Shown here: piece by piece, positions 37,402 to 49,145 of the stretch
Layout: every line of letters begins with the position of its first letter
How positions within the stretch are numbered: the first letter of the stretch is position 1
Source of the DNA: Octopus sinensis
Lineage: Eukaryota
NCBI RefSeq assembly: GCF_006345805.1
Contig: NC_042998.1
Span: 103,540,001 to 103,604,000 of the forward strand
DNA: 64,000 nucleotides
Direction of reading: 5' to 3'
Made by a program: the position numbers and the translations under genes
Notes under the pieces: generated by a model
Database searches by the model: none
The model's input: the letters and a program-made list of their open reading frames with translations, nothing else
What the model was told of the DNA's origin: nothing

Positions 37402-40400
37402 CTTTTTTTTTCTTCTTTCAAATTTGCTTCCATTTCTTGCCAAGTGTCTTCCCGACTCCTAGGGCAAAGAAACTCATAGTATACATTGGTAGGCCATTAA
37501 ACTAAACTCAATAATTCGTTTTTTTTTTAAGTTAAATTAAAATACATCGACAATGCTCTTCTCAATACGTGTGATGTACCAGTTAAGACAATCTTTTGCA
37601 CTTCTTGCAGGGATGGTAAGCCAGGGATCATTCTCATATAATTTTCGGTTCCCTTCTTGATCATTCCTAGTGCTCCTACGATCACTGGTATTGTAACCAC
37701 CTTGAGATGCCACATTTTCTCAATTTCAATGAGTAGGTCTTTATATTTTCTGAGCTTGTCAAACTCTTTCGCTGAGATATTATGATCACAGGGGATGCTC
37801 ATGTCGATCAATAAGCAAACTTTATTGTTTTGGTCTTTCACAACAACATCTGGTTTATTGGCCTTGATGGTTCGGTCTGTATGTACTGGAAAGTCCCACA
37901 GAATCGTTACATTTTCTCCTTCAGTTACAGCATCAGGGTGGTGATTATACCACTTGTCGGCAGTTTTGATATTGTAATGCCGACTTATTACCCAGTGTAG
38001 ATATTGGCCAACTCTGTCATGTCTTAATTTATACTCCACTGGTGCTAAGACTTCACATCCAGAGATTAGGTGGTCCACTGTTTCAATCATGTCGTTGCAG
38101 AATCGGCATTTTGGGTCTGCTACATTTTTCATCACATTGACCTGGTAGTTCCGGGTTAATAGGCTTTGATCTTGAGCAGCCAGGATGAAACCTTCGCTCT
38201 CTGCTTTTAGCCCTGAGCTCCGTAGCAACTGATGGGTTTGCTTCTGGTCAACATCAGCTTGTTTGCTGCGGGCCACATATTTGCCGTGCAGAGGTTTCTC
38301 CTCCCACCTATCAGCCAATTGCTCGTGCGCTTTTTTCGTTGCCATTATTTTCACCTTCTTTGCAACAATAGTTGCCATACTGCCCTCGGGTTGTTCAGTT
38401 TGGGTATCCTGCACGAGATCAATAGCAAATTTTTTGCTTTCCTTTATGATAGAATGAAGCTTCTTTCGTCTCTCGTGATTTTCCACGAGCTTTAGCATCC
38501 AGTCATTCGTTATTTCAAGATATTTGGCCAGTCCAATTGTGGTTGTTTTGTAAGCTAGTTCAAATTGGATCAGGCCTCGACCTCCTTGGGCTCTGGGAAG
38601 GTAAAGGCGATCTACGTCTGCCTTTGGGTGGTGCATCCTATTACAACTCAGCAGCTTGCGTATTTTCCTATCTATATTCTTTACTTCACTCATATTCCAG
38701 TTCAACACATTGTAGCTATAAGTAACAACTGGAACTGCTAAGGAATTTATAGCTAACACCTTGTTACGTGCATTTAGTTCAGATTTCAGGACTGCACGAA
38801 CTCTCCTATAACATTCCTTCCTGATCTTCTCTTTCATGCTTGCATGCTGAATACCAGAGCCTTCATTTATCCCTAATATTTGTATGTTTGTTCTTGCTCA
38901 AGCTCTCTTATGACTGTCTCAACATCTAACACGACTGAATTTGTGGTCTTCACTTTCCCTTTCTGGAAAGTGGCCTTGGCACACTTCTCAAGTCCAAACT
39001 CCATCCCGATGTCATCGCTGAATGCTTTCACAGTGCGCAATAGGCCTTCAAGTTCATTATTGTCTTTACCATAGAGTTTTAAGTCATCCATATAAAATAG
39101 ATGGCTTATTTTTTTATTGGTAATTTTATACCCATACCCTGTTCTCTTTAATTCACTTGTAAGGGGTATTAGGGCTATGCAGAATATTAAAGGTGAAAGT
39201 GAGTCACCTTGAAAAATTCCACAGTTGATGTTTATATTTTCTGAGGCAAGTACTCCATTAGAGTGGTATAATTGGAGATTCGTATTCCACAACGACATAT
39301 TGTGCTTCAGGAAGTTTGAAATCACAGGGGAAATTTTGAAGATGTCCAGCGATCTCAAGATCCATGGATGCGGTATACTGTCGAAGGCCCTTTTATAGTC
39401 AATCTACGCGGAGCTGAGATTTCTGCGCTTGTTGTGACAGTTCTCAAGGACCATACGATTAATTAGCAGTTGATCTTTGCATCCGTATGAGCCTCGGCGG
39501 CACCCTTTTTGTTCAATGGGGAAAATATCGTTCTTCTCCATGAATGCAAATGTTTTCTCCGCCAGGATAGATGTTAGGATTTTATACGTGGTGGATAGAC
39601 AGGTTATAGGCCGATAGTTTTTTGGAAGGTTGGTTTCGTTATTTTTTGGGAGTAGGTAAGTAATACCACTTGCTAACCATTCAGGTGTTTTCTTTGGGTC
39701 TCTCATAATTCCATTGAGCAGCTGAACTAGCTTACCGTGTGCGCATGGGAGCGATGCGAGCCAGAAATTCGGCACCCTATCTTTACCGGGGGATTTCCAA
39801 TTATGGGCCTTCGTGAGTGCCTTTCTTAGGTCTGCTATTGTGATGTCTTCCCATGCTTGTTGTTGTAAATTTTGGTAGGGTCCTTCAGTTTGTATAATCC
39901 AGTTTGCATTTATGTTGTACGTCTTCTTGTCACTCCAAATCCTTTTCCAAAAGTTTTGAACTTTTTCCATGGGAGGGGGGTCTTTAACGGTTACTTTCTC
40001 CTTCCCTATTTCTCTGTAGAATTTTTTGGCATTGGATGTGAACAGCTTATTTTGCTTGTAAAACTTGTTTCTCTTCTCAAATCTTCTTATTTTTTGGGCT
40101 TTTGCTTGGACTTTTTGCTTCAGCGTTTCTTTTATTGATATCAGTTCTTCTCTTGGTGAGGATCCAAATTTTCTCTTCATCTTTCTTCCTGTTCTGGATC
40201 TTACATCATTTCCACATATTAGTTCATTTAATATTGATATTTCCTCTCTCATAAATTCAATCTCTTTTTCAATTTTACTTCTCCAGGTTTGATTTCTTCC
40301 CAGGTTTGGTTTTCTTTGTTTTTTCGGGGGCATACAGCTGGTTTCAATTGTCCTAGCAGAAGCGTAAATAATTTCATTTAACCCAGTAAATTCAGGTTTT

Positions 40401-40491
40401 AATTCTTGTATTATTTCATTTGTTACATAGTTGCCAATTTGGATTTGTTTTTTATTTTGGTTTGTATTTGAGAGTTTATGAAGTGGTTCTC
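37402..40491 (-). mobile_element. R4/Dong-clade non-LTR retrotransposon, 5'-truncated, inserted in a (TAA)n tract
   Basis: One interrupted frame (ORFs 39404-40573, 38873-39358, 37527-38837). RT motifs QKGCRRGS, IDYKRAFDSIPH, GIFQGDSLSP, YMDD; CCHC knuckle CRFC..ETVDHLISGC; RHD motif; KPD..LLID restriction-like endonuclease. (TTA)7 at 37381-37401 and about (TAT)17 at 40492-40543. Confidence 0.9.
37527..40491 (-). pseudogene. RT plus restriction-like endonuclease ORF of the R4/Dong element, with two visible lesions
   Basis: In-frame TAG at 39404-39406 replaces the W of AWIDY; a 1-nt deletion near 38874-38876 breaks YKYLG; no start codon lies within the element. Confidence 0.85.
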
Positions 40492-40545
<54 letters not shown>

Positions 40546-40760
40546 AGCGGTGAGCTGGCAGAATCATTAGCATGTCGGGCGAAATACTTACCGGGATTTC
40601 GTTTGCCGCAACGTTCTGAGATCAAATTCCGTCGAGGTCGACTTTGCCTTTCATCATTTCGGATTCAATAAATTAAGTACCAGTGTAAAAACAGGGGTCG
40701 ATGTAATCGACTAGTCTCCCAGACCCAATTTCAGGCCTTGTACATTTAGTAGAAAAGATT
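40546..40760 (+). mobile_element. SINE family A, short-tail subtype, abutting the Dong-flanking microsatellite
   Basis: agcggtgagctggcagaatc..gagatcaaattcc..aatttcaggccttg..agtagaaaagattatt. Confidence 0.85.
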
Positions 40761-40795
40761 ATTATCATTATTATCATCATCATCATCATCATCAT

Positions 40796-40932
40796 CGATT
40801 ACATCGACTCTAGTACTCATCTTGTACATATTTGATGAAAGGATCAAAATTGAAGTTGACCTCGGCGAAATATGAACGAAATACCGCTAAGCATTTTGTC
40901 TGGTGAGCTAACGATTCTACCACCACGCCGCC
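40796..40932 (-). mobile_element. SINE family A, internally deleted minus-strand copy
   Basis: gttgacctcggcgaaat..aaataccgctaagcattttg..ctaacgattctac..cacgccgcc. Confidence 0.7.
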
Positions 40933-41023
40933 TTTTCTGCATCATTAATATGAAATGATAACAGTCGCTTGATTTTTTATTAATATCCAGGTCTGAGAGA
41001 GACAGAGAGAACGAGAGTGAAAG

Positions 41024-41073
<50 letters not shown>

Positions 41074-41164
41074 TGAAATTGAGGGAGAGAGGGAATATAA
41101 GGAAAAAAACAATTTAAGTATAACAATCACGATGATAATAGTAACAACAGACGACGACAACAAC

Positions 41165-41215
<51 letters not shown>

Positions 41216-41305
41216 GAAGAAGAAGAAGAAGAAGAAGAAGAAGAAGAAGAAGAAGAAGAAGAAGAAGAAGAAGAAGAAGAAGAAGAAGAAGAAGAAGAAG
41301 AAGAG
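41165..41305. repeat. (GAT)n(GAA)n microsatellite
   Basis: Direct reading; explains the poly-M/K/F/L ORFs in the track. Confidence 0.95.
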
Positions 41306-41869
41306 AAATAGAGAGAGGAGCAAATTTACTGAGCGATGTGAAGACGAGCAAAGCCGATGGATGTTATGAAACACATTAAACAAAACAAAAAGTGAGTAAA
41401 GGACTTCAAGAGTAAAGTCGAAGGGAACTGTGATTTGTATTATTTTATTTTAAAAATGTGGCCAGCATCATATCAACTGTTTTATTCTTTGCAGTCATCA
41501 TTGTAATCATAATGATCATCAATATCGCTGTCGTCGAGGTACATCTGAATCATAAGAAATTATTGTTCCAGCCTGAATACTTTCAGCGAATGAACACACA
41601 CACGCACACACACACACACGCACGCACACACACACACGCACACACGCGCGCACACACACACACACGCACACACACACATATATTCAAAACAAGTGATTGA
41701 GTTATAAATATATATATATATATATATATATACCGGAGTAAACACATAAATGTGAAACAAGGTGGAAAAAAGAGTACTCAAATACCAGTGGTAGAGTAAT
41801 ATGCAAAAACTGTCTGATGAACGGCAACGAAACTCAGATTTTGTTGAATTTTCTGCTGCTTAAAATAAA

Positions 41870-41942
<73 letters not shown>

Positions 41943-42417
41943 CTATGTATGTGTCTATGTTTATACATACACACGCATACATATACGATGCAGTTTAACA
42001 ATTTTGAGAAAACGTACAGAAAACCAAAGTAGAGTGTGAAAGTTTATTTCGGTTGATCCAGTATCATGTTGCTATTCTGGATAAACCTAGGTAAACTGCG
42101 CGTGCTTGTGTGTTTGTCTGTGGGTGTTTGCGCGCGTGTGTTTGTATGCGTGTGTGTGTCCGTGTCTGTGTGTGTAAGTGTAAACCTACCTAGGTTTACC
42201 CCACACACATTTACAAACATACAAACGTGGCAAATTTTACTGTATTCTCTGCAGATTGAAAAAAAAAATTGCTGAACAGTCTCGGCTGATAAAACAGAAG
42301 TGTCTGTATATCACTTGAGCAATCCAGGAGAAACAAGGAGCCAATTTGATTATATACACAGCATTGACATAAACGCATGCACAAAAATACTTACCAATGC
42401 AGATGCAACTAAGCTTC

Positions 42418-42463
<46 letters not shown>

Positions 42464-42465
42464 AA

Positions 42466-42677
42466 CGAGGGGTGCTGGTAAGTTCCTGGATTTGAGTGAA
42501 AGAAAATGCAGGAGGATCAGTTAATTATGAATTTTTTCAACATATTACCCACTCAGATTCACACTCTTATTCCAGCGGTCCTTCAGTTTTTCTCATCTTG
42601 TAAAAGAACTCGGAAGGTTGGGCCTCCAAACAGGCTTTTCGCGATACCCTTAAAACCAAGAACTTTTCAGTCCCCTC
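42466..42677. mobile_element. Mariner-type MITE of about 210 bp
   Basis: Imperfect TIRs cgaggggtgctggtaagttcctgg (42466-42489) and ccaagaacttttcagtcccctc (42656-42677), embedded in (TA)n. Confidence 0.65.
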
Positions 42678-42679
42678 TC

Positions 42680-42717
<38 letters not shown>

Positions 42718-43085
42718 TAGTATAGTATAGTATAGTTGCATCTGCATATATATATAAATATATTTATATATGTTTGTGTGTGTGTGTGTGTGTGTTGTGT
42801 ATGTGTGTGTGTGTACATGTGTATATATATATGTATGTTTGTATATCTGTGTGAAAAGAAAAGAAATAGAAACAACAATTGCATATACTATGTATATATG
42901 TATATATTATCAATGTCATTACACAATAAAATCTGATTTTGGAAAGGCCATTATAATATTTCTTTGTCTTTTTTTTAAAGTTTTTTTTTTTGTTTTTCTT
43001 TTTTTCATCACCACATTTTTCATTTACAGGAAAAATAAACTATGAAATACAGAAATAAATAGAATTCACTTTTTCAAAACTAAAA

Positions 43086-45395
43086 TTAAGAAATCACTTG
43101 TGGTTCTTTTTTACCAATAACTAAATGATGTGGTAGAATATGTCTTTGAACTGTTTGCTGAGTATGATGGTGGTGTAAATGTTGTTGCTGTGGCTGGTGC
43201 TGCTGCTGTTGCTGTTGTTGTTGTTGTTGTTGGGTATGATGGAGTGGGTGCCGCTGTTGTCGAAGCTGCTGCGATTGTTGTTGCTGCTGCTGTTGTGTTT
43301 GCTGATGTGTCTGATGGTGCTGATGATGTAAAATAGGAACCGGTGTAAGTGTTACTGGTGTGACCGGTGTTGATGGCGGTGAACTTAAGCTTGTTGCATC
43401 CTCTTGACTATTTTCCGAATCGCTGCAGCTGCTGCCAGCTATAGTTCTTTTACCATTTCTTGTACCATTGCTGACAGTATTTATTACACCTGTACCTCCA
43501 CCTGCAGTCGTTCTTCCATTCACTCCCCCTCTTCCTCTTCCGCTTCCCGTACCACCGCTCGATAATCCGTTTCCGGAATTTGCACCATTCGTTCCACTAC
43601 CAGCACCACCAACAGCGCTAGCACCAGTACCGGTACCAGACCCAACACTGCCGCTATTTCCCGTGGAACCGTTACTACCACTTGGACAGTTGTGGGTCTT
43701 GAGGTGTTTACTTAAATGGTCGCTTCGCATGAACCGTTTGTTGCAAACTGTACACGCAAATCGCTTCTCACCTGTGTGTGTACGCAGATGTCGTTGAAGT
43801 TCGTCAGAGCGCGTAAACCGCTTGCCACAGAACAGCCAGTTACATACAAAAGGTCGCTCACCCGTGTGCCAACGCAAATGAGCCTTTAAATGTGACGTTT
43901 TGTTATAAACCTTACCACATCCGGGAACGTGGCAACTGTGTATGTTCTTTTTACGTAGCTGAGCAGCTGCCGGTCCAAGACGTTCAGCTTCTTGACAGTT
44001 CGGACACTCACAAGTGGATCGACTAGCGTATCGGCGTTGAGATCCAGTAGATGCAGTCGTTGAACCAGTTCTCTGGCTACTCAAAGAAGATCCTGGCGCT
44101 CCGAAGCTAGGCGGCCTATTAAAAAATGTATTGACTGCAACCTGCTGATTAACATTCAAGTGACTAAGCTCTGTATTTTGCGCATGTGTCGGTAGCATTG
44201 TCTTGCAAGAATGTTCAGGTAAATGAAAATGATGCTGTCCTGTAGGAGATGCAGCAAAGAAAGGACTCGGGTTTGATGCGGTCAGAGGATGGTGACCCAA
44301 AGTAAAATTCTCCACACCAAAGCCTCCACCTCCGACACCTACACCAACCCCGACACCTCCACCACCACAGTTAGCAACACTATTAATATTATTTGCACCA
44401 GCGCCTCCCATATAACCAGCTGATAACTGAGAGTGGAGTTGGTTACTGTTAGCGGCTGCAACGTTCGACACTTCTGATAGCCAGCTATTGGCTGCAACAG
44501 AGTGAAGTTCCCACCAGGGTGGCGATACCACAGGGTTAACACTAGAAGGAATCTCAGCCTTGATATGATGTGTGTGATGATGGCCACCGCCTGTCATATT
44601 GAAATGCCACGTTGTCGGTGAATCATAAGGACTAGGTGCAACCGATGCCCCGACACGTGGGTGATGTGTATATATGTTACTAGTACTGTTCGTAGGTGAT
44701 GTAACACCTGTACATACGTCCATAATAGCGGCGGTAGTGTGTAATTTTTGTAAACCTCCTGTACCAAGGCAAGTAGCTGTATCACCAATAATAGCACCGT
44801 TACCACCACAGTCAGTTTGTGCATGTGCAAGATTTGAAGATGAAGTTGGTGTTGTACTGCGACAAAATATTTCCCCATTCCCATAATTACTTGCTCCACC
44901 AGTAACAGATGGACCTCTACTGAACCCAGTAGACATTGCAGTAGCCGGCAGTCCGGTACCATTGTACCCATGTTGATGATTTAATGTCCCCAAGGGGTTC
45001 AAAACCTGAAAAGGGAGTGGGGTGCTTGTTCCATTCATTGAACTAATACTTGTACATCCACTAATAATACCACTTCCTTCACCACTACTACTGCCGCTAC
45101 TGCTACTCACACTACTATCGCCTATGCTAATTATTTCAGTTCCTCCATTTCCAATTCCTTCACCAATTCCAGTAAAACAGCTACCACTTAAGGGGCTGCT
45201 GTTAAAACTGCTACCAAATCCACTTCCGTAGCTTCCTGCACTGAAAGTTAATCCATGACTAAGATTTGTCTTCTTCCAAGGATGAAAGCTCTTTGCGATG
45301 GAGTGTTCAACCAATGGCGGTGAGTTCTTGTTGCTAAGTTTGTTACACTGTGCTGCCAGCATGGCCAAGGGTGTCGGATCAAACGAATATTGATC
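43086..45395 (-). CDS. Sp6-9: Sp6-9 (Sp8/Sp9-like) C2H2 zinc-finger transcription factor, major coding exon, 769 codons plus stop
   Basis: Sp box [19 protein letters not shown] and WWELH motifs, Btd box [13 protein letters not shown] (about 43995-44012), and three Sp/KLF fingers (43692-43940) with [16 protein letters not shown] and RSDHLSKH helices. The ORF-track start (TTG CAG) is part of the splice acceptor; the first in-exon ATG is at 45362-45360. Confidence 0.95.
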   Translation of the reverse strand, partial: DQYSFDPTPLAMLAAQCNKLSNKNSPPLVEHSIAKSFHPWKKTNLSHGLTFSAGSYGSGFGSSFNSSPLSGSCFTGIGEGIGNGGTEIISIGDSSVSSSSGSSSGEGSGIISGCTSISSMNGTSTPLPFQVLNPLGTLNHQHGYNGTGLPATAMSTGFSRGPSVTGGASNYGNGEIFCRSTTPTSSSNLAHAQTDCGGNGAIIGDTATCLGTGGLQKLHTTAAIMDVCTGVTSPTNSTSNIYTHHPRVGASVAPSPYDSPTTWHFNMTGGGHHHTHHIKAEIPSSVNPVVSPPWWELHSVAANSWLSEVSNVAAANSNQLHSQLSAGYMGGAGANNINSVANCGGGGVGVGVGVGGGGFGVENFTLGHHPLTASNPSPFFAASPTGQHHFHLPEHSCKTMLPTHAQNTELSHLNVNQQVAVNTFFNRPPSFGAPGSSLSSQRTGSTTASTGSQRRYASRSTCECPNCQEAERLGPAAAQLRKKNIHSCHVPGCGKVYNKTSHLKAHLRWHTGERPFVCNWLFCGKRFTRSDELQRHLRTHTGEKRFACTVCNKRFMRSDHLSKHLKTHNCPSGSNGSTGNSGSVGSGTGTGASAVGGAGSGTNGANSGNGLSSGGTGSGRGRGGVNGRTTAGGGTGVINTVSNGTRNGKRTIAGSSCSDSENSQEDATSLSSPPSTPVTPVTLTPVPILHHQHHQTHQQTQQQQQQQSQQLRQQRHPLHHTQQQQQQQQQQQHQPQQQHLHHHHTQQTVQRHILPHHLVIGKKEPQVIS

Positions 45396-45430
45396 CTGCA
45401 ACGAAAAAATGAGAAGAAAAAGAGAAAATT
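45396..45430 (-). promoter_or_regulatory. 3' splice acceptor of the Sp6-9 coding exon
   Basis: Minus strand ttttcttctcattttttcgttgcAG|GATCAA: polypyrimidine tract plus CAG, phase 0. Confidence 0.85.
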
Positions 45431-45623
45431 AAAACTAAATTCCAATACGTTTTAAGAAAAATTATGCAAAACTTTCAGATTAAGGCAAATAATATATATC
45501 ATAACGTCTATAACAATTCACACTTGCGCATACATACCGCTCCACCCAATACACACACACACACAACACACACACACACACACATACATATGTATGTATA
45601 TATATGCATACATATACATACAC

Positions 45624-45988
45624 GTGGCTGTATGGTAAGAAGCTTACTTCCCAACTAGGTGGTTCCGGGTTCAGTCCCACTGCGTGACACCTTGGGCAAG
45701 TGTCTTCTACTTATAGCCTCGGGCTGACCAAAGCCATATGAGTGTATTTGGTAGACCGAAACTGAAAGAAGCCCGTCGGATGTATATGTATGTATTTGTG
45801 TGTTTATATTTTCCCTCGCCATCACTTGACAACCGACGTTGGTATGTTTACGTTCCCGTAACTAAGGGGTTCAGTAAAAGAGAACGATAGAATAAGTACT
45901 AGGTTTATAAAGAATAAGTCCAGGGGGAGATTTTTTCGACTAAGGTTGTGCTCCAGCATGGCCGCAGTCAAATTACCGAAACAAGTAA
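45624..45988 (+). mobile_element. SINE family B, antisense within the presumed Sp6-9 intron
   Basis: Matches 1962-2410 along its length. Confidence 0.9.
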
Positions 45989-47165
45989 AAAATAATTTTA
46001 AAAATGTGTGTGTGTGCGTGAGTGTGCGTGATTGCGTGCGTGTGTGCGTGCTTGCGTGCGTGCATGTATGTGTGTGTGCTTGTGCGAATACTGCTTTTGA
46101 ATGCATAAAAACAACAAACATTGATTGAAGAGCTCAAAACATGTATAAAGTTTGATATTAACTTAGGAACGTCTATGAAACTTTAAGTAACGTCAATCAA
46201 ATTGCTATTATATAGCTTAACACAATGTGTTGAGAGTTTTTCTCTCAAAAATAGACATAATTTATGTGTGTGTGTGAAAAACTCTGTGTGTGTGTGTGTG
46301 TGTGTGTGTGAAAAACTGTGTGTATGTGTGTCTGCAGGCAAAAACTGTGTTCATTGGTATTCGTTGTCGAGCGACGGCGTTGAGACTCCCTCGTTGGTTC
46401 AGAGTAAAAACCAGTTATACAATAAACTAGATAGGTGTCGACTATAAACGGTCACAATAAAAATCAGCCGTATGTTTAGTCAAAAAATAAATTAATTTCA
46501 ATGACATATTTGAAAACACGTATTTTGTCCCTGTATATCTTGCAAATAGTTGTCTTAAAATGTGGGGAAAAAATACGACCACCATAATCAATGTGCTTGG
46601 TAATTACAAGTTACATACTGAGTCTTTAACAGCAAAATAACAACTTATACACAAAGCATGAAACATCAAACATATTTTCATAATTATTAAAAAATAAAGA
46701 CCGTGTTTATAATAAAGATATAATAATATTTTTGAACCTTTATATGGTGCATTTTGGGGATTACATATATACTCCTTACATATATATTTTTTTAACTACT
46801 AATATTTTTATTGTCACTGTTTTTATTTTATTTTTTTTTTTCATTATCATTATTCGAACCACAGACAAATTGTCATTCCACTTATGTTGTTTTCATTTTT
46901 TCTATATCTATTGTAATGTTCTACTTCTCGTGATTTCCTACCTCGGAATATTCTCCAATTATTTTCACCTGTATTTAATGTCTGATTTGGAATATATAAA
47001 AAACAATCTCTGCAAATTATATATATATACATATTTGTACATACAAAGACGCATGTATGTGCGAGTGCGTATATATAATATATATAAATTTACATATGGA
47101 TATACATGCAAGTACACACACACATACACGCGCACACATATATATACGTATGTATGTGGTGTATG

Positions 47166-47216
<51 letters not shown>

Positions 47217-47612
47217 TATTTTGTTGTACTTCCACAAATGAAATATAATAATAGTTCAAGATGCTGAGTTGGCACTTACCAAAGTTTTACCATGCATATA
47301 TATATACATGATTACATACATGTATTACTTACATATGTACACACGCATATACAGAGAAAGAGAAGGAGAGAGGAGGGAGAATGGGAGAGAAAGACAAAGA
47401 GACAGAGAGAATGTTACACATCAGTTGTGGATAAATTTTAATGCTTGCGTTGCAGCTTCTTACGACAAATATGATGAACAATTGTCAACGCTTTTTATGA
47501 TTTGCATATTAAGGCATTCGATGCTGACACGTATTAATTGACTAAATATTGAGACAGCATATTACATACAGCTGGTCCACGATTATGAAGCCTTAGTCTG
47601 ACTCTGAGGCCT

Positions 47613-47940
47613 ACTTCGGTCACGACTCTGACCATGGGATTGCACCTAGAAAGTTACCCTCCCAGGCACAAGTCCGGGCAAGGTTTTGTTTTATGGAAGA
47701 CCAGCAGTCGCCCATGCATACCGGCCTCCCCTCACCACGCCACCAGTGTTATCCAAGGGAAAGGCAAGGGCGATACAGCTTGGCACCTGTAACGTCGCAA
47801 CTCATTTCTACAGCTTAGTTAACTGGAGCAACGTGAAATAAAGTGTCTTACTCAAGAACACAACACGCAGCCCGGTCCGAGATTCGAGCTCACAACCTCA
47901 CGATCGTAAGCTCGACGCTCTAGCCACTGAGCCACGCGCC
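47613..47940 (-). mobile_element. tRNA-derived SINE family D
   Basis: Minus strand ggcgcgtggctcagtggctagagcgtcg (A-box) and agctcgaatctc (B-box-like), followed by a 250-bp non-tRNA body. Confidence 0.8.
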
Positions 47941-48549
47941 TTCACTTTATATGTATATACATATACCTGTACACATGCATATACTTATACATATAGATAT
48001 ATACCCATATGTATGAATGAATATTTCTATACGTATGCGTGTGAGAGTATGTATGTACACACACACACACACACACACACATACATACGTACTGTAATTC
48101 AATGAGGCTAGCGGGATCTGCGTCAAATTCATATACTCTTGATATTGTTTGCAGCATTTTAGAAAGAGGATAAGAATCTAAGCAACACAAATCAGAGAGA
48201 AAAATTGTGGTAGAGTGTTATAACGGGTATAAAGGAAAGGGGAATATTGATTACTTTTAAGTACATTGCCTTTTTGAAAGCATGATCAACGCCAACGATA
48301 AGAAACTTGTGAATAGCATTATCCCCAAAATACCCCAGTATATCGTGTTCTTATTTGTGGTGGTAACATCTCACAAAGGACTGAGTGAATGTTTGTTCCT
48401 TTTTTATTTCCTGAATTGTGTTGACCGTTGGCGGGCCGAAATGCTGCCCACGTCGATCGATCAGTTGTGGATCTCCACAAAGCCTTGCTCTTCAATGTAC
48501 CTTCTACATTCATATATATATACAGTCCCACATTCCTTGGCCTTCCATC

Positions 48550-49145
48550 TGCTTATCCTTCTATTGGATGCCTCACCCTTCTGTAACCTCTGATTTCCAA
48601 TTTCTTCTTCCTTATTTCATAATTGTTACGACATTTGCCATATCGCATTTCATCTCTTTCAAAAGAGACGCGAATTTGGAAAAAAACTCAGTTGGAAGCT
48701 CCCTTTCTCCCACCTACACCAAACCATGCAATTTCAAACACTTGCTTCACGTATGAAACAGTTATCTCTACAAAAATAACACCTAAATAAGTCCTGTCAC
48801 AAAACTGCAATACCAAATCACTTTAAAATGTTAGTTGTAAGTTGTATCCACCACATCATAGGCACACTACATAGAATCCTCTATTTTGGTGAAATAGACC
48901 GTGACCTGGGTGATAACTTCGATAAGTTTTTCACAGCAGTTTCCAACACAATCGAGATCAATCAACAACTTTTCACCATAGGTGGCGACACCTTACAGAA
49001 ATTTACAAGTCCGTTATTTTCACCAACTTAAGACGCTACAATTCCAAAAGGAAACATCAAGAACAACGCATCATATTTCTGTAGAAACTGTTCTTCTTTA
49101 AGTTTGAGAAAACACTTCTCATTCTCTACTTTCTAACCCCACCAT
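48550..49145 (+). mobile_element. Penelope-like element remnant: RT-endonuclease linker and GIY-YIG endonuclease
   Basis: SFKRDANLEKNSVGSSL resembles AFRR..NL...LV.S.L; LYFGEIDRDLGDNF resembles LYIGETGR.L..RF. Confidence 0.6.

Noticed and set aside
40492-40573. N-terminus MLMILPAHRFNNNN of ORF 39404-40573
   Set aside because: The ATG lies in the antisense strand of an adjacent SINE and the poly-N is the flanking (AAT)n; neither belongs to the retrotransposon protein.
43130-45231. Overlapping alternative-frame and antisense ORFs within Sp6-9
   Set aside because: Expected shadow ORFs of a GC-richer, low-complexity coding exon.
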